From the NCBI GenBank assembly GCA_963809895.1, contig CAWELD010000003.1, forward strand, positions 2,336,001 to 2,400,000: a stretch of DNA of 64,000 bases. The letters are read 5' to 3'. Positions within the stretch are counted from its first letter, which is position 1, and each line of letters starts with the position of its first letter. The notes under the pieces were generated by a model. That model was given only the letters and a program-made list of their open reading frames with translations. It had not been told where the DNA came from and did not search any database. The translations under genes were made by a program, and so were the position numbers. The DNA is from an uncultured Gemmatimonadales bacterium (GTDB taxonomy: Bacteria > Gemmatimonadota > Gemmatimonadetes > Longimicrobiales > Gaopeijiaceae). This document shows positions 56,712 to 64,000 of the stretch, piece after piece.

Positions 56712-57050
56712 ATGACCACTTCCCGAAGACCCCAGGATCTCCTCCAGGGATCACTGGACCTGCTGGTGCTGAGGGCCCTGCAGGGTGAATCCCGGCACGG
56801 CTACGCCATCTCCCGCTGGGTGCGAGCACGCACCGACGGCGTGCTGACCCTGGAAGACGCGGCCCTCTACAAGGCGCTGCACCGCATGGAAGAGCGGGGC
56901 TGGATCGAGGCGACCTGGGGACGCGCGGAGTCCGGACACCGGGCGAAGTTCTATGCTCTGACCGAGGACGGCCGTCAGGCGCTCCTGGGCGAGAAGAAGA
57001 CCTGGCACGCCTTCGCCGACGCGATTCGGCGGGTGTTGGAAACCGGGTAG
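56712..57050 (+). CDS. PadR-family regulator, acidobacterial type (padR-5)
   Basis: DLLQGSLDLLVLRAL, HGYAI, LYKALHRME..GWI...WG..E..RAKFY.LT..GR. Confidence 0.93.
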   Translation: MTTSRRPQDLLQGSLDLLVLRALQGESRHGYAISRWVRARTDGVLTLEDAALYKALHRMEERGWIEATWGRAESGHRAKFYALTEDGRQALLGEKKTWHAFADAIRRVLETG

Positions 57051-57056
57051 CGGGCA

Positions 57057-59720
57057 ATGGGAGGGGACGTGGAGGATCCGCGGCGCGACGTCGACGACGA
57101 GCTGGGCTTCCATCTCGAGATGAGGACCCGGGACCTGGTCGCCGAAGGGTTGGACCCGGACCAGGCCCGTCGCCAGGCCATGGCCGAATTCGGAGACCTG
57201 GAGTCCACACGCCGCCAGCTCGGCGACCGGGCGGAGCGACACCGACGCATCCACCGCCTGCGGGAGTGGCGCGACCGGGCGCTCTGGGACCTCAAGCTGG
57301 TGCTGCGCGGCCTGCTCAGGCGGCCGGCCCTCCCGGTGGTCATCGTGCTGACGCTGGCCGCGGGCATCGGCGCCAACACCGCCATCTATTCCCTGGTGGA
57401 CGCCCTCGTCTTCCGGCCCCTTCCCTTCGGTCACGGGGACCGCCTCGTGCGCATGCGCGACGCCACGGAGCGGCCCGATGGACAGCGCTGGCCCTACAAC
57501 TCCTCACCCCGCTCCTACCAGATCATGCGTGAGAGCGGGATCTTCGAGTCGGTGACGGCGCAACGCTATCACCTCTTCAACCTGACCGGCGACGGCGATC
57601 CGGCGTCCCTCGTGGGCATCGGGGTGTCGAGGGATTGGCTGCGCACCCTGGAGATGGAGCCGCTCCTGGGCAGGGGCTTCACCACCGGCGAGCAGGCCGC
57701 CGGGGCCGAGTCCCGCGTCGCCCTCGTGGGATTCGGACTCTGGCAACGCCGTTACGGAGGATCACCGGAGGTCGTGGGACGCCGTATTACGCTCAACGAC
57801 CAGCCCTACACGGTGGTCGGCGTCATGCCCCGCTACTTCGACTTCCCCTACGGGGCCCAGGTGTGGGTGCCGGACACCTTCGATCCGGCCGACGCCAGGC
57901 ATGGGCCCAACGTCGCCGCGCGCCTCCGCGACGGGGAGACGCTGGCCAGCACGCAGGCCGCCCTGGACGACCTGAGCCGTCGCGCGGCCGAGACCTATCC
58001 CGACTCCCACGCCCGCATCCGGCTGTTGGCCATCCCCGAGCGCGACGACCTCCTGGGGAATCAGCCCCGACTCGGCCTGATCCTCCTGGGAGCGGTGGGA
58101 TTCCTCCTCCTCATCGCCTGCGCCAACGTGGCGAACCTCCTCCTGGTCCGGAGCATCTCCCGCCAGCGCGAGACGGCGCTGCGCAACGCCCTGGGGGCGA
58201 CCCGGGGCGACCAGGTGCGACTCGTGCTGATCGAGAGCCTGGTGCTGGCGATCCTGGGGGGCGGGCTGGGGATCCTCGCGGCGTGGCTGCTGTTGGATCC
58301 CATGGCGGCGTTGAGCATCCGCCCCGACGCCAGCCTGGGATCGTTCTTTCGGGACCTGCGTCTCGACTGGCGCGCACTGACGTTCACGGGCGTGGCCACC
58401 GTGGGCACCGCGCTGCTCGTGGCTCTGCTTCCCGCGCTGCGGGGCGCCCGCGCGGAGCCGGCGGCCAGTCTCGGAAGCGCCCGTGGGGCCGGAGGGGACA
58501 CCTCGGGGCGCCTGCGCGGCGCGTTGGTGGTGGCCGAGGTGGCGCTCTCGGTGGTGCTGTTGGCCGGCGCCGGTGTGCTCGTCGGCGACTTCCTGCGCCT
58601 GCGTGCCAGCGATCCCGGCTACGACCCCTCCGGCCGGATCACGGCCACCCTGGTGCTGCCCTCCAGCCGCTTCGAGGACCCCCCCGCACGCGTGCGCTTC
58701 CTGGACGACATCGTGCGCCGGGTCGAGGCGCTGCCCGGTGTGGAGGAGGTGGGCTACACGAGCCATCTGCCGGTGACGGACGGCTCCACCACCACACCGG
58801 TCGTGACGGAGGACGGGCCGGCATCGGAAGCCGGAAGCCTGGTGCTGGCCAACTACCGCGGCGTGGACGCCGACTACCTGGAGACCATGGGCGCCCGCCT
58901 CGTGGAGGGTCGCGGATTCACCACGGTCGAGCTTCGCGACGCGCGTCCCGGCGAGGTGATCCTCAATCGCTCGGCCGCCGACGCCTACTGGCCCGGCGAG
59001 AGCCCCCTGGGCCGCCGCGTGCGCCTGGGCACCGTCGAACAGGAGTCCGCCTGGATGCAGGTGGTGGGCGTGGTCGACGACATGCGCGAAGAGTGGGAGC
59101 TGGCCGAGACCTGGTACCTGCCCTTCGGCATCACGCGCGACGAGCGCGCCTACCTGGTCGTGCGCACGTCGTCGGGAGCGGGTGGCCTGCCCGCCCGCAT
59201 CCGCGAGGCCATCTGGGCCGTGGATCCGGACCAGCCCATCGAGCGGCTGGCCTCCATGGACGAGCTGGTGGGCGAGGACATGGCCTCTGAACGCCTCGGC
59301 GCGTCTGCCGTGGGCCTGTTCGGCCTGGCCGGCCTCGTCCTCGCGGGGCTGGGCGTGTACGGCCTGATCTCGTACTCCGTGAGCCTGAGGGCCCGCGAGA
59401 TGGGGGTACGCAGAGCGCTGGGCGCGGGCCGGGGGCGGGTCGTGCTCCAGGTGTTGGCCGAAGGCGGACGCCTGCTGGCCGCGGGATTGATGGTCGGCGT
59501 GGCGGGAGCCTTCGTCCTCACGGGCTTCCTGGGTCGGATCATGGTGGCTCAGATTCCCGGCCGCACCGAGCTCCGCAGCCTGGCCGGCGGCGCCCACCTC
59601 GACGCGCGCGTCCAGTTCCTGGTGGTGGGTCTCCTCTTCCTCACGGGGCTGCTGGCCTGCCTGATCCCGGCGTGGCGTGCGGCGCGCGTGGACCCGGCGG
59701 GCGTCCTGCGCGAGCCCTGA
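57057..59720 (+). CDS. Duplicated MacB/FtsX-type ABC permease (ADOP-like) no. 5 with EL.FH-type prefix
   Basis: DDELGFHLEMR..G....ARRQA..EFGD; GIGANTAIYS; LLIACANVANLLL; REMGVRRALGA. Confidence 0.93.
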   Translation: MGGDVEDPRRDVDDELGFHLEMRTRDLVAEGLDPDQARRQAMAEFGDLESTRRQLGDRAERHRRIHRLREWRDRALWDLKLVLRGLLRRPALPVVIVLTLAAGIGANTAIYSLVDALVFRPLPFGHGDRLVRMRDATERPDGQRWPYNSSPRSYQIMRESGIFESVTAQRYHLFNLTGDGDPASLVGIGVSRDWLRTLEMEPLLGRGFTTGEQAAGAESRVALVGFGLWQRRYGGSPEVVGRRITLNDQPYTVVGVMPRYFDFPYGAQVWVPDTFDPADARHGPNVAARLRDGETLASTQAALDDLSRRAAETYPDSHARIRLLAIPERDDLLGNQPRLGLILLGAVGFLLLIACANVANLLLVRSISRQRETALRNALGATRGDQVRLVLIESLVLAILGGGLGILAAWLLLDPMAALSIRPDASLGSFFRDLRLDWRALTFTGVATVGTALLVALLPALRGARAEPAASLGSARGAGGDTSGRLRGALVVAEVALSVVLLAGAGVLVGDFLRLRASDPGYDPSGRITATLVLPSSRFEDPPARVRFLDDIVRRVEALPGVEEVGYTSHLPVTDGSTTTPVVTEDGPASEAGSLVLANYRGVDADYLETMGARLVEGRGFTTVELRDARPGEVILNRSAADAYWPGESPLGRRVRLGTVEQESAWMQVVGVVDDMREEWELAETWYLPFGITRDERAYLVVRTSSGAGGLPARIREAIWAVDPDQPIERLASMDELVGEDMASERLGASAVGLFGLAGLVLAGLGVYGLISYSVSLRAREMGVRRALGAGRGRVVLQVLAEGGRLLAAGLMVGVAGAFVLTGFLGRIMVAQIPGRTELRSLAGGAHLDARVQFLVVGLLFLTGLLACLIPAWRAARVDPAGVLREP

Positions 59721-59811
59721 CGCGGGTCACCGGGGTTGCCCCCGTGCCGGCGCGGCACGCTCTTTGTTGGAACGTGAGGGGTGTCCCGATCCCTTGTTCC
59801 GGAGTCTGCAC

Positions 59812-60300
59812 ATGCGATCCCGCGCGCGCACCGCCGTTCCCCTGCTCGTCCTGGCGTGCCTCCTGCCCGCCACCCCCCTCGCCGGTCAGGTGGTCTGGGG
59901 CGTGCACGCCACGCGAGCCAACGAGTTCGGCGGGGGGTCCTGGGGCGGCGGAGTCCAGCTGGGGCTCGACGTGCCCGTGTTGCCGGTGAGCGTGCTGGCC
60001 GCGGCCGACTACCTGTTCCCCGACTGCGGTGACGCCGGCGACTGCTCCTTCTGGGGGGGATCGCTGGACGCCAACCTGGCCCTGCCCTTCCCCGTGGTCC
60101 ATCCCTACGCCACCGGCGGCGTCGTCTATCGTCACTTCGACACCGGCGACGACGCCGAGGCCACGGGCACCTCGGGGCTCGCTCTGGGATTGGGCGTCCA
60201 GGTCTCGTTGCTGGCCCTGAAGGCCTACGTCGAGGGCCGCTACGAGTTCGTCAACGCTCCCGACGACCAGGTGGTCTGGCGGGTCGGGCTCCACTTCTGA
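59812..60300 (+). CDS. Small outer-membrane beta-barrel protein
   Basis: Signal peptide; PYATGG, YVEGRY; ends in VGLHF. Confidence 0.8.
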   Translation: MRSRARTAVPLLVLACLLPATPLAGQVVWGVHATRANEFGGGSWGGGVQLGLDVPVLPVSVLAAADYLFPDCGDAGDCSFWGGSLDANLALPFPVVHPYATGGVVYRHFDTGDDAEATGTSGLALGLGVQVSLLALKAYVEGRYEFVNAPDDQVVWRVGLHF

Positions 60301-60306
60301 GCCCCG

Positions 60307-61071
60307 TCACGGGGACTCTCCGCCGTCGGTGAGGCGACCCTCCGGCGGCGCGGTCCCCGCGGCCTCCACGGTGTGAACCAGTCGCTCCATGAGATCGGCG
60401 AGCACCCGCTGGCGGCGACGCGCGATGCTCGAGAAGATGCCGCGGGCGAGGAAGAAGCTGGCGCCGATCACGCCGACCGGCACCGCCACCGCGAACAGCG
60501 CCGAGCCCAGCACGCCCGCGCCGAGGCCGACGCCGGCTCCGACCCCCAGGCCACCGCCGACCCCCGCGATGATCCCGCCGAAGAGCCCCCCGGCGAGCTG
60601 GTGCAGACGCTCCTCGATGCGGATGCGGGTCTGGCCGTTGCGCGACGTCACCAGGATGCGGAGGGTGCTGCTCCGGTTGGGGGCGTCGGACTGAACGGTG
60701 AGCGTCCGCCCGACCAGGCTGGCCTGCCCCTGCGTGGCCGCGTCGTTCTGGATCTCGACCATCACCTGCTCGAAGGCCGTGGCCGGCAGGTCCACCGGCA
60801 CGACCCGCTCCAGCAGGATGCCAACGGGCTCTCCCGTGGCCCAGGTCCATCCGCCCCGCGGCCCGGCGCCCTCCAGCTCGGCGGCGGCCTGTCGTAGATA
60901 CACCGGAGCGATGCCGGCCTCGGCGGCGATTTCCTCCAGCTCGGCCAGCGAGAAGCCCGAGGCGCGGGTGGGCCCCACGCCCTCCCGGGCCTGGATCTCC
61001 GTGGCGCGCTTCAGAAGACGACTGACCTCGTCGTCATCGTACAGGCGCGGCCGATCGGCGCCTTCGCTCAT
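60307..61071 (-). CDS. Hypothetical membrane protein with helical N-domain and glycine-rich TM hairpin
   Basis: YDDDEV..LLKRA.EIQ, SLAELEEIAAEAGI, GGLFGGIIAGVGGGLGVGAGVGLG. Confidence 0.75.
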   Translation of the reverse strand: MSEGADRPRLYDDDEVSRLLKRATEIQAREGVGPTRASGFSLAELEEIAAEAGIAPVYLRQAAAELEGAGPRGGWTWATGEPVGILLERVVPVDLPATAFEQVMVEIQNDAATQGQASLVGRTLTVQSDAPNRSSTLRILVTSRNGQTRIRIEERLHQLAGGLFGGIIAGVGGGLGVGAGVGLGAGVLGSALFAVAVPVGVIGASFFLARGIFSSIARRRQRVLADLMERLVHTVEAAGTAPPEGRLTDGGESP

Positions 61072-61219
61072 TCGGGAACGTCCTGGAGAGAGTGGGAATC
61101 CCCCGTCAAACTGCCGCGCACGGGTATCGACGAGCAAGGCGATGCAGGAATATCCGCGGGCCTCTGTCGTATCTGGTCCCACCGCGCCATGTTGCCGAGA
61201 AGCCACCACCGAGGCCCCC

Positions 61220-62233
61220 ATGCGAACTCTCCCCGTCACGCGATCCCTGGCCGCCCTTCTCCTGTCGGCGGCGCTGTCCGCCTGCGGCGGCGAAGACGGA
61301 ACCGGTCCAGAGAACCAGGTCCCCACGACCGTCCAGATCTCCAACGCGACGCTCAGCTTCGACCAGCCGGTGCAGTCGGTGCAGCTCACGGTCACGGTAC
61401 TGGACCAGGACGGTGCCACCATCACCGACCCCACGTTGACCTTCGCCACCAGCGACGAGGCAGTGGCCTCCGTCGACGGCTCGGGGATGGTGACCGGCCT
61501 CGGCAACGGCACGGCGACGATCACCGTCACGGCGGGATCGGCCACGGCCACAGCCCAGGTCAGCGTGGACCTGACCCCCGACGCACTCACCGACGGCGTG
61601 CCGGTCACGGGCCTCGAAGGTCCGTCCCGGAGTCAGCGCTTCTTCACCTTCGAGGTTCCCGAGGGCGGCGCGGATCGCATCCTGCAGTTCCGCATGCAGG
61701 GCGGCACCGGTGACGCGGACCTGGGCATCCGCTTCGGCGAGCGGCCTGACCTCGAGAACGTGGATTGCGCCTCGGTGGGTGGACCCAACGTCCTGGACAA
61801 CCTGGAGATGTGCGCGATCCGGGATCCCTCGCCCGGCACCTGGCACGCCATCGTGCTGGGCTACGAGGACTACACCGAGGTCGAGCTGGACGCCCAGGTG
61901 CTCCCGTCGGTGGGGCTCACCCCGGGCACGGCCGCCACGGACCTTTCGGCCGACGGCAACGACCTCCTCTACTTCCACGTCGATGTCCCCGCCAGCGCCG
62001 AGCTCACTCTCACCCTGACCGGCGGCACCGGCGACGCGGACATGTTCGCCACACCGGTGTTCCCCCTGGCACTGACCCAGTTCGGAGACCTGGAGTGCGT
62101 GGCGGGCAACGAAGGAAACGAGGAGAGTTGCACGCCCGACGCCCCCGCCGAGGGCACGTGGACGGTGGTCCTGCTCGGCTACACGGCCTTCGACGGCGTC
62201 AGCCTGACCGCGGAGGTCAGCGGAGGGACCTGA
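61220..62233 (+). CDS. Lipoprotein with Ig-like (Big_2) domain and two PPC (pre-peptidase C-terminal) domains
   Basis: Lipobox LSAC; TSDEAVASVDGSGMVTG..NGTATIT; two GGTGDAD...C...E.C...GTW...GY repeats. Confidence 0.82.
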   Translation: MRTLPVTRSLAALLLSAALSACGGEDGTGPENQVPTTVQISNATLSFDQPVQSVQLTVTVLDQDGATITDPTLTFATSDEAVASVDGSGMVTGLGNGTATITVTAGSATATAQVSVDLTPDALTDGVPVTGLEGPSRSQRFFTFEVPEGGADRILQFRMQGGTGDADLGIRFGERPDLENVDCASVGGPNVLDNLEMCAIRDPSPGTWHAIVLGYEDYTEVELDAQVLPSVGLTPGTAATDLSADGNDLLYFHVDVPASAELTLTLTGGTGDADMFATPVFPLALTQFGDLECVAGNEGNEESCTPDAPAEGTWTVVLLGYTAFDGVSLTAEVSGGT

Positions 62234-62329
62234 TCGTCCCATCCAGCCATTCCCGCGTCGCGGCCTCCGGGCCCACGATTGAAGTCGGTCTTCCGAAGGC
62301 CGCCTTCGTCACTCGTCCGGAGCCACCGC

Positions 62330-63385
62330 ATGTGCCACCCGCGCGCGCTGCCCACCGGCGCCGCCACGATTCTCGCCCTCGCGGCCGGCGGGTGTGACCG
62401 GGCGGACACGACTCGAGCGGCCCACCGCACCCTCACGGGGCCAACGGACACCCTCATCACCAGCGAGTCCGGCGTCCTGGGTCAGGTGGTGGAGCTCCTG
62501 TCCGCCCCAGATGGCACGCTCTACGCCAGCGATCGGGCTCTGCACACCGTGCATGTCGTGCAGCCGGACGCCCCACCCTGGTCGCTGGGGCAGGAAGGCG
62601 ACGGACCCGGCGAGCTCCGCTTTCCCTCGGCCATGGGAACGGCGGGCGATACGCTCTTCGTGGTGGATCGCAATCGCAATCAGCTGATCCTCTTCCGGAC
62701 GGACGGCTCCTTCGTCGAGAACCGGGAGCTGCCCAGGAGCGCGTTCACGTATCCGCCGACCATGGGCGCCAACGGCAGGGCGTTGGCGCTCTCCACCGGA
62801 GGGCGGGACTCGATGATGGCGCGGGTCTTCCTGCACGCCGACGCCGATCCCGTCGAGGTGGGCGCGCCCGCCGGCCCACCGCAAGCGCTGGACTTCGAGG
62901 CCATGCGTCGCACCATCGCACGGGGCGAGGTGCCCGTCGAGCTGCTCAACCACGCCCGGGCGCTTCCGGGGCGCGACGGAATCTGGCTCGTGAACCCTGG
63001 CCGCGGGAGCGTGGAGCGCTACGACACGCTCGGTGCGCTCCTGTGGTCCACGGTGCTCGACCAGCCCGAGATGCCGGACATCTTCCAGCGCTTCGTCGAT
63101 ACCAACGCGGCCCTGCCGCCCCGCCGTCTCGCCGAGCTTCGCTACGTCCTGGACGCCCACGAGGTGGAGGGGGCGCTCTGGATGCTCCTGGGATCGTCGG
63201 CCACCGGGCCAGCCACCGAGCTGCGACTGGCTCCCGCGGGCGACAAGACGCGACGCCTGGACGTGCCTCAGGTCAGGGGCGCCGTGAAATTCGCCGCCGA
63301 TCCCGCCCGCGGGTGGCTCTACTTCGTCACCGACCGTGCCGAGCTCCTGCGGGTCGCTCTCCCCGCGCCCCGCCCAGGTAGCTGA
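62330..63385 (+). CDS. Six-bladed beta-propeller-like lipoprotein
   Basis: Lipobox AGGC; G.EGDGPGELRFP, DTLFVVDR. Confidence 0.75.
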   Translation: MCHPRALPTGAATILALAAGGCDRADTTRAAHRTLTGPTDTLITSESGVLGQVVELLSAPDGTLYASDRALHTVHVVQPDAPPWSLGQEGDGPGELRFPSAMGTAGDTLFVVDRNRNQLILFRTDGSFVENRELPRSAFTYPPTMGANGRALALSTGGRDSMMARVFLHADADPVEVGAPAGPPQALDFEAMRRTIARGEVPVELLNHARALPGRDGIWLVNPGRGSVERYDTLGALLWSTVLDQPEMPDIFQRFVDTNAALPPRRLAELRYVLDAHEVEGALWMLLGSSATGPATELRLAPAGDKTRRLDVPQVRGAVKFAADPARGWLYFVTDRAELLRVALPAPRPGS

Positions 63386-63417
63386 CGGGGGGCGGACGCA
63401 TCGGTGCAGGGGTGCCG

Positions 63418-63447
63418 TTGACGCCCTCCGCCGGCGCCGGCTATTGT
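63418..63447 (+). promoter_or_regulatory. Sigma70-like promoter TTGACG-N18-TATTGT
   Basis: Near-consensus hexamers upstream of SD GGAG and ATG 63494. Confidence 0.5.
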
Positions 63448-63493
63448 CGCGGTCCCTCGCGACCCTCTCGTTCCACGCACCGGAGCTCCGGCC

Positions 63494-64000
63494 ATGCGTA
63501 GCCCCATCCTCACCGCGCTGGTGTGCGCGCTGCTGACCGCGCCGCTGGCGGCCCAATCCACTTCTGGTTCTGACGGGGGTCGTGCGTTCACCCCCGAGGA
63601 CTGGTACAAGCTCACCAACGTCTCGTCTCCGGCCATGTCTCCCGACGGCCGTTGGGTGGCGTTCACCGTCACCACGGTGCGGGAGGCGCAGAACGCCCGC
63701 CACGCCGAGGTCTGGATGGTGGCCAGCGACGGCGGAGAGCCGGTGCGCTTGACGTCGCCGGGCACGGAGAGCTCGAACCCGCGCTGGTCGCCGGACGGCA
63801 GCTACCTCTTCTTCAGCTCCCGGCGCGAGGGCGGATCGGGGGGCACGTGGGCCCTGCGCATGGACCGTCCCGCCACCGGCGAAGCATCGCAGATCGAAGG
63901 TTGGCCCGCGGGATCCTTGACCGCCGACGGCTCCACGGTGGTATTCACCCAGGCGGCTCAGGACGAGGGCGAGGACGCGGCCGAAGACCGGGGCTCCGAT
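63494..64000 (+). CDS. Probable S9 (prolyl oligopeptidase/acylaminoacyl peptidase) N-terminal propeller; runs off the window and is absent from the ORF track
   Basis: MRSPILTALVCALLTAPLAAQ signal; VSSPAMSPDGRWVAFTV, PRWSPDGSYLFFSS; catalytic domain not visible. Confidence 0.75.
   Translation, partial: MRSPILTALVCALLTAPLAAQSTSGSDGGRAFTPEDWYKLTNVSSPAMSPDGRWVAFTVTTVREAQNARHAEVWMVASDGGEPVRLTSPGTESSNPRWSPDGSYLFFSSRREGGSGGTWALRMDRPATGEASQIEGWPAGSLTADGSTVVFTQAAQDEGEDAAEDRGSD

Overview
GC-rich bacterial chromosomal window (about 70% GC by eye). Gene content suggests Gemmatimonadota or a similar lineage, which is an inference. It holds about 50 CDS and I saw no rRNA, tRNA, CRISPR array, transposase or integrase. 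Housekeeping genes are thyX, gdhA, glycerate kinase and addB/addA, with addB and addA separated by about 5.2 kb. There are many exported peptidases (M28, M49, M20, M1, S9), two Cache-HAMP-PAS hybrid kinases and a LytS/LytTR pair. Highlights: (1) five padR + ATPase-less duplicated MacB-type ('ADOP') permease modules in which PadR type, upstream operator-like palindrome and permease N-terminal prefix appear to co-vary, two of them with a strong internal SD+ATG that would remove the prefix; (2) a receiver + PPDK-type ATP-grasp + His-swivel-like protein lacking a pyruvate-binding barrel directly behind gdhA, a candidate non-canonical phospho-signalling enzyme; (3) a symmetric bidirectional -10 element with two apparently leaderless start codons exactly 18 bp apart. 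All calls come from reading motifs by eye; no database searches were run.
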